Shown here: one piece after another, positions 1-11,454 of the stretch | How positions within the stretch are numbered: the first letter of the stretch is position 1 | Layout: the number at the start of each line of letters is the position of its first letter | Assembly: GCA_027923505.1 (NCBI GenBank) | Contig: BROI01000007.1 | Location: forward strand, 868,001 to 932,000 | Reading direction: 5' to 3' | DNA from: Mayamaea pseudoterrestris | Taxonomy: Eukaryota | DNA: 64,000 nucleotides | Translations under genes and position numbers: made by a program | The notes under the pieces: model-generated | Seen by the model: the letters and a program-made list of their open reading frames with translations, nothing else | Told to the model about the DNA's origin: nothing | Database searches by the model: none

Positions 1-3000
1 TGGTATCCGTCTGCTGGACTTGCGACTGCGAACCATGATTGCGGCACCGACACTTACAAGCGCAAGCAGTGCTGTCGCTGCTGCAGCACCAATCAATGGA
101 ATGGACGATGACGCTGATGCGCTGTTTTCAGTTTTGTCCCCAGCAATAGACGGCTGCACCTCGAGGCTTTTTGAGACGGTCAAAGTGTTTGTTACGGCAG
201 CATTTCCTGGCGAAGGCATTGCTGAAGTGGATGGCGCGCTTGATACTGAAGGAAACAATGATGGTGACGTAGAAACTGACGGAGCATTTGATATTGAAGG
301 AAATAATGACGGAGGCACAGATATTGATGGAGAATTTGAAATGCTTGGCATAGCACTGATCGACGGAGAACTTGATATTGATGGAGAATTTGAAATGCTT
401 GGCATAGCACTGATCGACGGAGAACTTGATATTGATGGGGACGTTGAGATGCTGGGTTGATTGCTGATCGATGGTGTGAGCGACGGTGCAGCTGAGCTGG
501 TCGGTGATTGCGATACGCTTGGGGCCTGGCTTGGTCTAGCACTTGGGGTGACTGGTTGTTTTGACGGTATTTGAGAAGGTTGCCTTGACGGTTGCCTTGA
601 CGGTTGGTTGATCAGTGATGGTGTGCTAGACGGCTGCCTTGACGGTTGGTTAATATTTGTCGGCTGAGAAGACGGTACTCGAGAAGGTTGCCTTGACGGT
701 ATGTTGATCGCTGTTGGTGTGCTAGAAGGCTGTTTTGAAGGTTGCTGTATGGCCGTTGGCTGAGAAGATGGTACTCGAGATGGCTGCCTTGACGGAATGT
801 TAATCGCTGTTGGTGTGCTAGAAGGCTGCTTTGAAGGTTGCTGTATGGCCGTTGGCTGAGAAGACGGTACTCGAGATGGCTGCCTTGACGGAATGTTAAT
901 CGCTGTTGGTGTGCTAGAAGGCTGCTTTGAAGGTTGCTGTATGGCCGTTGGCTGAGAAGACGGTACTCGAGACGGCTGCCTTGACGGAATGTTAATTGCT
1001 GTTGGTGTGCTAGAAGGCTGCTTTGAAGGTTGCTGTATGGCCGTGGGCTGAGAAGACGGTACTCGAGAAGGTTGCCTTGACGGTTGGTTGATCGCTGTTG
1101 GTGTGCTAGAAGGCTGCTTTGAGGGTTGGTTTATAGCCGTTGGCTGAGAAGACGGTACTCGAGAAGGTTGCCTTGATGGTTGGTTGATCGCTGTTGGTGT
1201 GCTAGAAGGCTGCCTTGAAGGTTGGTTCGAAGCTTCTGGTGGGCTGGATGGCCTTCTTGAGGGCCGCACCGAAGGAATTACGGATGGCCGCAACACAGAG
1301 GTGGGTTGATTTGATTCCGTGCTTGGTGTCTGCGATGGCCGGTTGGAAGCGTTTGGCTGGCTGGATGGCCTTTCTGATGGTCTGACAGAGGGAACAGCGG
1401 ATGGTCTTGAAAAAGTGGTTGGTTGATTTGACTCCGTGCTCGGTGCTGTCGACGGCTGCAATACAGTGGTCGGTTGATTTGATTCCGTGCTTGGTGCCTC
1501 CGACGGCTGGTTGGAAGCATTAATGGTTGTTGGCACGTTTGAGGGTGTCAATGACGGGACTCCAGATGGTCTTGAAACAGTTGTTGGTTGATTTGACTCC
1601 GTGCTCGGTGCTGTCGACGGCTGGTTGGAAGCATTAATGGTTGTTGGCACGTTTGAGGGTGTCAATGACGGGACGCCAGATGGTCGCGCCACTGTGGTAG
1701 GTTGATTTGATTCCGTGCTTGGTGCTTGCGATGGACGAAAAACAGTGGTCGGTAGATTAGACTCTGTGCTTGGTGCCTCCGACGGCCGATTGGAGTTGCT
1801 AGTTGTTGTCGGCCCGTTTGAGGGTTGCACTGAAGGGACCTTTGATGGCTGCAGCACTGTTGTTGGCTGATTGGATTCCGTGCTCGGTGCCTGTGACGGC
1901 CGTAACAAAGCAGTCGGTTGATTCGATTCCGTGCTTGGTCCCACCGACGGTCGATTAGACGGCGGCGACGAAGACTCAATACTTGAGGGCTTCTGACTCG
2001 GGACCGGACTGCTAGTTGGTCCTTCTCTGGTAGGGACAGTAGATGGCTCTACGCTTCTTATGAAAGTAGATGGAGATGCACTGCTCGTGGGGCTGTTAGT
2101 GACTGATGGCGAAGCACTAACAGTCGCCCCCTTGCTCGGCGCCAGGGAAGTTGAGGGCGAGTTCGACTTTGCACCGCTCTTACTGGGAGCTGATGTCAGC
2201 GTCGGTGTCGCACTTCTACCGCTTTTTGTTGGAGAAACGCTTTCTTTTGGTGCCTTCGATGGAGATGCTGAGAGTGTTGGAAACGAGCTCTTTTTCCCAC
2301 GATTTCTGGAAGGCGCAGCGCTAATCGATGGAGCCGAGCTTCGTATTCTTCGTGATGGTGATGCTGAGCTAGAAGGTGATAGACTGTTCATCAACATTGC
2401 CTTATTTTTTGAAGGAGCGGAGGAAATGCTGGGCGACAGACTGCTGGTTGCACCTTTTGAAGGTGATGATGTGGTAGTTGGCGAACTCGATTTCTTGCCA
2501 CCTCTCTTGACTCTGCTTGGAGCGGGCGAAGTTTCTATATTTACTGATGGTTCGACTGATCTTGTTGGTCTCGCTTTGCGTCTTGACGGACTCTTCGTGG
2601 GTGACGCAGTACGCACTGCCGGTTGCAATGGCAGGCGCTTATTCGGAGGCCTCGTCGGTTCCCTCGGTCGATTAAATGTCGTTGGTTGATTCTTTGCCGT
2701 ATTTGGTCGAGGTGGAGCTTTGGGCTGTTTTATGTTTACGTAGCGTATCGGAGCCACCTGTTCGGCAATGCTACACGGGAAGACTGAGAGAATGCCCGAG
2801 GCTGTGAGATTTTTATGTAGCGCAGAAATGGCATCAGATTGTAACAATACTTACGCCTATCATCATCGCAGCGTATGCCACTCTTGGATAATTTAAAACC
2901 TTCTGCTCCTTTACTTTTTGATTTACTGCTCTTTTCACCCTTGACGGACTTTGAACCGATGCCTTGGCGATTGTTAGCGAAGCCTGCCCTGCCAAAGCCA

Positions 3001-3356
3001 AAACCGAAAGTACCGCCCCCTCCAAAGGAATTGCCAGCTGCGCCTGCGTCCTTCAAACTCCCTTTTAACATTTTGCTCTTTTTACTCTCCTTGCTCTTCT
3101 TACTCCCCTTGATCTGCTTTGCGGCCTTGGTACCTGGCACTCTAGTGGATTCGAGGTCAATAAGTTCATGCTCGACCCTGACCTGTGTCAATCTATGCAC
3201 ATCACTTGTATGCTGCGTTATCAGGTGATCCTCAAAATTGCTTTTCGACTCTTGAAAAGGAATGGCGAATGTTTGCTTAACATCTGCAGCGGCGACCAGG
3301 CTAATTGATGTGTGCATGACCAATGCCATGAGAATTGGTGGGATAAGCTTGGTCAT
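1..3356 (-). CDS. Mucin-like P/S/T-rich type-I membrane protein 1 (3' end runs off the window); exons 3356-2855 and 2801-<1
   Basis: Starts MTKLIPPILMALVMHTSISLVAAA (signal peptide), then KGSKKSKESKKSK/KSSKSKSK. A phase-1 intron 2854-2802 (GTAAGT...CAG) joins an open frame of PS/PT repeats ending in IPLIGAAATALALVSVGAAIMV-RSRKSSRR (TM plus basic residues). Exon 2 is absent from the ORF track, probably because its stop lies outside the window. Confidence 0.8.
660..1225. repeat. Coding tandem repeat, 96-bp unit (32 aa, e.g. QPSRVPSSQPTAIQQPSKQPSSTPTAINIPSR), ~6 copies
   Basis: gaagaYggtactcgaga recurs at 668, 764, 860, 956, 1052 and 1148. Confidence 0.9.
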
Positions 3357-3604
3357 TGAGAGGTTGATCGCTCTTGACGAGGGACTCGGTCTAGAGCAGC
3401 GCATCGATACGGTTACTTCTTCAATCTATAGAAACCAGATTTACAGCAGTATTATCGCTATTTTGGCAATTTGTCGAGCATGATCTTGGCCCGTTCATAC
3501 AAGTTGGTCGCGTTTGTTCATGTTTGAGTCTGATAAGAAATTTCAAACGAATACCGGTGCGAGTGTCAGTCACAATTCAATCTTGCTTACTACACGTGAA
3601 GAAA

Positions 3605-4397
3605 CTTCAGTAAGACAACTTTGGCGAGACACCATTATTTAAAACTGGCCGATTAAAAACCCGGTACCGGTACTCAAAATGACATTTTCGACGGTTTTTA
3701 GTTAGGTGCAGATTCTGAAAGACGACTCGTCGGGCTTTCCAACGGTATGCGTAACGTATCTTATATCAAGATATTAGGTCCCGTAGAGAAGGAAAAAGTC
3801 TGAGTACCGGATAGTGTCGCACCCATTCGACGACGGAAACTCGAGGCAAACACCACACAAACAACAATCCAACACCACAGTCTACCCCAACAAACCCAAC
3901 AGAACCACCTCATGCCATTGATAACTTCATAACTCATGATACTTCATTGCAGAATGAGCTTAATCGGTGTGAATTGATTGCTCTACGCCTTGAAAGCACG
4001 ACCCCAGGCGAACTCTACTATTTCTCGCCTCCGTCGGTTTCGCTGTCTGGGCTGAATGATTTGACAAGCCAGCTACATGTTTCCGAAGATAGAAGCGGCA
4101 ATGTTGGAGGTATGAACGCGGCTGTGGTCACAGATCAGCGGCTGACCTGGAGCAGGCTTGCCGATGCCAACCCAAACTGGTACCTGGGTGGACCTCTCCA
4201 TTGGCCACAAGACTAATTTAAAGCCACATTATACTAATTAATACATTAATTAGACGTATGGTGTGGTATCAGGTGCTTTATGAGGCTTTAAGTTGTGTTT
4301 TATGATGGGTCCACTGGCGCAAACTTCAAACGCCTTTTTCTCGAAACGACTTTTTAACCTCATCCTTCAGTTAGACAACTTTGGCGAGATACCATTA
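3605..4397. mobile_element. Putative transposon remnant bounded by a 33-bp direct repeat
   Basis: cttcagtWagacaactttggcgagaYaccatta at 3605-3637 and 4365-4397 (2 mismatches); no convincing gene in between. Confidence 0.35.
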
Positions 4398-4708
4398 ATG
4401 TTGACGACAAGGAGAATGATCAGTGAGTGGATCCCGCTTATCGTGAAGAAAGAGGCGCAGCGCTAGCCCATCGTGCTGTTCAGTAACAAAGAATTTGCCC
4501 CCTGTCCATCGTGTAATCGTATGGAAATAAGCAAGCAAGCAAGTAAGCAAGCAATACTTTTAAGAATGAGATGCATGCATGAAAAAAATTCTATACCGAC
4601 ATTAATTATCCTGGAAAGAGTTCTTGCTCTATGTATTTTCTTAATCTCACTTCTCATATGAATCGGCAGATAGACCCAACACTTGTAGAGCATTAGGTGT
4701 ACCAATAA

Positions 4709-6994
4709 TTAGTAGTCCCTCAAAAGCCACGGATCGTCGTCGCTGTGCGGCACCCAAGAATGCATATCATCTTCGGCATTATCATCATCAACATTTTCCT
4801 CCTCTGGCGCCAAGGCAAACGGACTATCAAACAGTGAAGAACTGTCATCTGCTGTGGCGATACAAAACTCGATTTCGTCTTCGTATACACTTTCGCTTGG
4901 TTGCGTCGAACTATCTGACGTTGGCACTTTCCTCTGGTGCCGTTTCCGTAATTTCTTTTCTTCTACCGTCATTCTTTGATTCCATCGCGTAAGGGCGATC
5001 GCAGTCCCGAGCAAAAAGACCGACGCAGCGGCCGATGCTGCTATGAAGGCAACCGGAATCGTTTGCACGCTTTCCTTGCTGCTTGAGACGATAGTTGGCG
5101 CTCCTGATGGTACATTATCGGTAGAATAGACGATATCCGTGGCTGAAGAGATTAGAAACACAAAAAAAGCACATGAGAACGTTCAACCTCGTTTTGCTTT
5201 CATCGTGTAACAATTTTATACGTACTGGTTGATAGCGGATTGTCACTTGGAAGCGATGCTAACTGTGTAAGCAATTCAGAAACTTGCGGGGGCGAAAGCG
5301 CTGTTTGAATCAATGTATCAACGTCTACTTGTGTCGGCATGACTTCTTCCGCACCGGTAAACGACGCGCTTGGATCATAACCAACATCAGTTGTACCAGC
5401 TCCCGGTGAGCTACCAGTTGGTGTCGCCACAAAATCCGTTAGACTCACCAGCGGACTTAGCGCAAACGTATCGTTAAAGTAACTTTCCAGGTAGCTATTA
5501 AGAATGGTAGACGCTGCGGCAACATCGTCTTCGGACGGAGTTGCCGATGAACTCGTAGTGAACTCAATCGCAAAGGGTGTGCCGGAGACACTACCGGCCG
5601 ACGTGGGTGCTCTCGACAAAGCAGGACCGACTGATATCATTGACAATGATGGCGCTGTAGTAGTTTCGGTAGAAGCAACTGTTGGGAGCCCCGTGCCACC
5701 AGCGGAAGGCACTGCCGTCGGACTAGATCCAACTGACGATGAACTTGAAGGAACAGCAGATTCGGCGCCAGTCGACGGTCTAGTTGTGTCAACACTGAAC
5801 GATGGACCGGCAGTAAGCGTGCTTGGTCCTGGCGTCAATGACGCAATCGTCGGAAATGCAATTGCAGTGGGCGAAAGCGACACTGTTGGAAAGACAACCG
5901 CAGGTGCTGAGGGAGTTGGACCAAGCGAAACTGACGCAGACGTTGGCGTAGACGTGATAGTTGGAAACGCAATCGTAGTGGGCGACGGCGAGACGGTTGG
6001 TAATTCTACCACAGGAGCTGCAAAAGTTGGGGTGACTGTAGCTGTTGATGGCGCTTCTACTGTCGTCGGCCGGCTAGTGGTGCTTATACCAGTTGGCACA
6101 ATCGTGGAAGGTGTAGATGGTTGCGTTGCAGAAGGTGAAGGAGCAACTGTTGCTTCCGCAGCGCTGGTCGGCGTTGGCGCGCCCGTATTGCCTCCAAATG
6201 TTGGGATACTTGTGGCAGGCATTACCGTTGGAGCACTCGTTGCCGCTGGTAACAACGTCGTAGTCGCAGCTGGAGCCAATGTGGGACTAGTCGTTGTCGC
6301 TGCTGCGGGTGTTGGAGTGCTCGTCGACACTGGAACCATTGATGGAACACTCGTTGTTGCTGGAACCGATGGTATTTGCGTGGGAACAACAGAAGTTCCT
6401 TTTGGAGTAGGCGTTGGTCGCGGAAAGAGAGTATTCAGTTCTGGAGCAGTCGTTGGAGCCGCGACTGGTGCTTCTGCTGCCGTCGGTGATTGACCAATCG
6501 GCACTTTGACGCAAGGGTCTAATAGTAAAGTGATGAATTCGGATAGTGAGGAATAAGTCGCGGGCAACACCAAATAAAAGCCGTCTTTAAGCATACTTAC
6601 GTGGATGAATAATATAGTGATTCTTGTAAGCCTTGCTGCCATGGCTTGTTGGCAGTGGATACGGCCCTGGATAAGCCTTGCCGTAGGGAGGAGGCGGTGG
6701 CAACCCTTTTGAAAATCCTTTGGATCCCTTGATACCCTTCTTTGATCCCTTCAGGTTCCGTCGATCGCCAAAGTAACTCTTTTCCGACCCACTTTCTTGC
6801 GGACAGACTATGATCCAATCGACTCCATACATTTCAAACGGCGAACTTGCTGTTGCAGTTTCGTGTTGCGCCATTTGAACAGAGTGATGACTACTCCTCA
6901 ACCGCTGATGAAGCCGTTCGGTTTGGACCGATATCAACGACTCGGCGGCAGAGCAAAGCAGGCCTAATAGCATGACATGTCGAAAAGATGACAT
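4709..6994 (-). CDS. Mucin-like P/T/S-rich type-I membrane protein 2; exons 6994-6601, 6518-5226, 5142-4709
   Basis: Signal peptide MSSFRHVMLLGLLCSAAES, then RRNL-KGSKKGIKGSKGFSKG, a PT-rich stalk, an ~120-aa domain ending LPSDNPLS, TM IPVAFIAASAAASVFLLGTAIAL and an acidic tail. Two GT-AG introns join the three ORFs in frame. Confidence 0.85.
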
Positions 6995-7647
6995 TTTTCT
7001 GTTGCGCTACTCTTGCTTGATGTTTTTGAGCTTGTCTACTTTTCGTGTTTATAGCAAGATAGCTTGGCTCAAGCTGCTAAATGCCAAAGTAAGCAGGTGA
7101 ATTAACGAGTAGATTGCCGAGTAACACCTTGTTTTCTTTCTCTCTCATCTACCCAAGGAAGGGGATGCACGGATCAAGGAAGCATGACGAGACGAAACAT
7201 TTGGCGAGAAATTTGATTTCGACAAATTGTCGGCTATGGCCAAAATTGATGAGCGAATGCGTCACACGTTGATTCCGAGTGATCTTAGTTCCTTTCCTTG
7301 GCATTTATAATTATCATTTCAAGCATTGCAAGTCTCCGCTTTTTATAGGCATGCCTCTTGTAGACATTGTTGTATGTATTAAAGAGAATGGGAAGTACAT
7401 CTTGAAGGAATCAGTGGTCGCCCTTTTTTGTCGAATCGTCGTCGCCAAAGTAAGTCTTTGGTTGTCGCACAGTCATTATATCACCGCTACGACATCAAGC
7501 ACGATTCCTTTTCTCGTCGCTCGCTGAAGCTGTCGAGATTGATGCGAACTTGCATCATCATATCATAACGTATTGAGACAAACGACCAACATAAAAGATA
7601 ATGAGTGTTAATATACAAATGGTGGATATGTCGCGGAGCTGGATGTT

Positions 7648-10600
7648 CTATCTCAGTGAATCCATAAACGGAGAATGAAAGAGTGGATCGTCCAAATGAT
7701 CATTCCTTCGCCGCGGGATGGAATGGAACTCAATCTCCATGTCGTCAAAGCTTGCATGGTCAGCGGACCAAACTGTTATATTTCTCATTAATCGCTCCGA
7801 TCCTGTCAGATAGCCTTCTCTGATTCCTCCATAATCAGAGCCGGAGACGTGCGTTGCCTCCTGCCAATCATCGGAAAAATCCTTGGCTGTCCGCCTCTCT
7901 CGCAGCCGCAATTGCAATCGTTTCCTACGACTCGACATTGCTGCACCAACCAGTAGAACAACAAAACTAGCACCAACGGCAACTCCAATGCCCGCTCCCG
8001 CGGCTGCAATGGTACTAAAGGCATTCAATGAGCTTGCACCGTCGACTGCTTGAGCGGACGCTTGGTCATTGGACGCGTACGTTGCGTCGGTGACTTGCGA
8101 AAATGGATTGTTTGAAGGAAGCTGCTGCAAGTCAAGCAGCAGCGTTTCGACATTTTCAGGAGCAAATGCTCTACTTATGAACGAATCGAGCTGCTCCTGG
8201 CTTGGAACAAAGGACGAGTCGGGAGAAAAGGTCACATTCACATCGTAACCCAATGTCGCTGGATCAGTAGAGTTTGTCGGGCTCGTCCACTGAAAGTCAT
8301 CAATTGTTGCTCCTTCAAAACCTATCAACGATGAATAATTTGTAAGCGTAGGAAACATAGAATGAGTTTTGCATTGGCGCAAGTCGCCTACTTACCCAGC
8401 GAGAGCCTCAGCCAATCTTCCAAGTGGGTCATCGTCAAATTTGCGGCATTGTTAATTTGCTCATCAGACAAGTCACCTTGGACTCCTTCATACGTGATAT
8501 CAAAAGGCGCCTGAAATGAATAACATCGAAATGCGTGGTTAGAATCATCCGCATACGCCAAACTAGCTGCATTGCCAATATAACTTACTGGTTGGGTTTC
8601 GACAGATGCTGTTGGCACAGCGGCGCTTGGCACAAGCGTTGCTATAGATGTAGGAGCTGGCACAGCTGTCGGCCCTACAATTGTCGGCAGTGTCGTTCCG
8701 GCTGTAGGGCTGAGTGCGCTGGGTACAAGCGTCTCCAAAGATGTTGGTCCTGGTAGAATGGTTGGAGTTTCAACCGTCGGCGACGTCGTTCCCGATGTAG
8801 GACCGAGGGCGGATGGTACATTCGTGACGGCTGCGGATGGAGCAGGTAAGGCAGTTGGAGACAATACGCTCGGTTCGCCTGCTGCCGGCGCTACTGTCGG
8901 CTGAGCTGCGCTTGTTGGAGATGTGACGCTTGGTGCAACAGCCACGGTCGGTTCCGGAGGTATGGTCGGAACTTGCACTGCCGGGGATAATGTCGGCGTC
9001 AATGCATTTGCACTTGGCAAGGATGTGACTCCGGCAGCGATGGGAGACTGAGTCGGCGCACCTGCAACCACAGGCTGTCCGGTCAGACTTGGCGCCATCG
9101 TCGACCCAGCAGCCGGGCTTATTGTTGGAGCTGCAACCGTGTTCAAGGAAGGCGCCGACGTGTCTATCGCTGCCGTCGGACCTGGAACGATAGTTGGGGT
9201 CAAGACGCTTGGCTCACCGGCGCTTGGGGTTGATGTTGGCTCGCTGGCTGTAGTAGGAGCTGTCACAGTTGGTGCGGGTGCTACAGTGGGAGTCTCAATA
9301 GTGGGTGCAATGGCACTTGGTTGTATTGTGGCGCCAGCGCTTGGCTGACTTGCCGCCGAAGTCGGTGTCGAAGTCGCTCCAGCAACCGGAGCTGTAGTAG
9401 GTTGTATTCCACCACTGGACGACGGAACTTCTGTCCCTGAGCTCGTGGTTGGCACTTCCAAGGAAGGTACGCTTGTGACTGCAGTCGGCGTCGTTACAAT
9501 AGTCGGTTGAGAGGCTGGCAGAATCGTAGGGGTAGTAGCAACTGCACTTGGCACTAAAGTAGCACCTGCAACTGGCAATGTTGTTGGTCCACTTGCAACC
9601 GTTGGCAAGGATGTAGCTCCGGCAGCGGTTGGACCTGATGCTGGCGCAATTGTTGGGGCAACAACTGCAGACGGCACTTGTGTTGCACCTGCAACTGGAG
9701 ATTCAGTCGGTCCGCTAGCTGCCGTAGTAGGTCCCACTGTACTTCCAGCGATTGGTGATACTGTAGGCTGCGCGCCCGCACTGGACGACGGAGCAGTCGT
9801 TGCACCCGCAATCGGCGCAGACGTCGGACCAGCGCTGACTTCCCCCGCTACTGGACTTGCGGAGGGTTGAGTCGTTTCGCTTGTTGGTGCAGACGCTGGG
9901 CTGGTGGTGCCTGTCGTGGCACTGCTGGGAGCTACAGTGGCTGTTGGACCTTCCGGGACGGTTGGCGTAAGCCCGCTGGATGGGGCTCCTGTTGTTGTCG
10001 CTACTGGACTAGCAGTCGCAGCTCCACCAGTACTTGGAGCGGTAGTTGATGCTGGCACTGTCGGAGCAAGTCCTGTCGACGGAGCTTCAGTTGCCGCCGA
10101 CACAGGACTTGTCGTTGCAGCTCCTCCAGCATTCGGTACAGAAGTCGCTCCTCCAGTGCTTGGCGCTGTAGTCACAGGACTCGCTGGAACAGTTGGGGCA
10201 CTAGCTCGGGTAGGCGCTTGACTGGATGAAGCACTGGTAGGCATGGATGCTTGCGGACTCTTCGATGCAGCCACAACGGATGGTGACTGGCTCGGCACTA
10301 TGGTCGCGACGAAACATCCTTTTGACGCTTTTGAACCTTTCACTCCTTTCGATCCCTTGAAGTCCTTCGATGACTTTGACGACTTTTCATCGCTGCAGTA
10401 TGTTGGAGCGGTCGTTATCGTTGGAGCAGACGTCGGCAATGGTGACTGGCTAGGCATGGGACTTGACGTTGGACTTTCGAAGCATGAATCTTTGGATGCA
10501 GACCCTTTTCCGTGGCAGTGATCGCCTTTGCTTTTCTTCTTTTTTCGCGACTTCTTACTCTTACCTTTCTTGCCACTCTTTCCCGACTTTGCATCCTTGC

Positions 10601-10889
10601 CCGACGGTAGATTGCTGCCCTTCGATTTTCTGTTGCCAGTAAATGTGTCTAAGAGTCCTTTTGAGTAGCTCGGCGCTGGTGATGAGACGGGTGCTCTCGA
10701 GGCTGGTGCTGTGGTCACGTTCTGCGGTGGCGTGATGGGCGCGGGAGCAAATGTTGTGGTCTGCAAATTACGATGTGCCTTACTGTCGGCTGAATTTGTG
10801 GTGTGCCTGAGTGAGACTGCGGAAGATCCCTGCAGCAGCGCCGAGCTTACAAGCAGAATCAGCGCTGTCTTCACCCTCGATTTTCGCAT
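7648..10889 (-). CDS. Mucin-like P/T/S/A-rich type-I membrane protein 3; exons 10889-8589, 8510-8396, 8321-7648
   Basis: Signal peptide MRKSRVKTALILLVSSALLQGSSA, then HRNL, KSGKSGKKGKSKKS and KSSKSSKDFKGSKGVKGSKASK, a long PT stalk, a domain ending LPSNNPFS and TM AGAGIGVAVGASFVVLLVGAAM-SSRRKR; GT-AG introns keep the frame. Confidence 0.85.
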
Positions 10890-11454
10890 TGTTGCGTTTT
10901 GTAAAAAGCAAACGGTGAATATACTATCGTTCCCTACACAAGGCTCCGCCATTTTGCAGTTCAATAACAAGGAGGTTCGAGACAAAGATGGATGGGTGCT
11001 CGTTTGGTGGCTCGATGCGCACTGGACGCTGACCAAAGGTGCTCCACAAAATTTGCATCCAACGGGTCGCAAGGTGCACCTCGATTCGATACACAAAAGT
11101 GACATTGTTGCTTCTACGACATTACATATTACTATCCACTACTAGTATCATGGATCCTGAAATTAACAGTATCTTACTCTTAAACACAATGCGCTACCTT
11201 GATCATGCCGCGGGATCAAGTTTGAAAGACTCTTGGGCAAAGGGCAGAAGCCAGAAGCAGCAAGCGCGATGTGATCGTGCGAAATAATCGAAAACAGCTG
11301 GCTCGCCTTGCTCGCTGATGATGTCTGATCGGTTTCCTTTCAAAAGTCTGCGTCGACCATGGGGAATTCGTTTCATCTCGTTATCAAAAAGCATCAAGTT
11401 TGGCTCATCTCTTGACGACAGATACCATTTTTTCATTTGTGTTGTTTATTTTAA

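Noticed and set aside
660..1225. Regular repeats resembling a CRISPR array
   Set aside because: No unique spacers; in-frame coding repeats in a eukaryotic gene; no cas genes
4528..4555. (GCAA)n microsatellite
   Set aside because: Short, ordinary simple repeat
20..11145. Long plus-strand V/G/D/A-rich ORFs (20-460, 2060-2689, 5504-6493, 9904-10221 and others)
   Set aside because: Antisense shadows of the P/T/S-rich minus-strand genes
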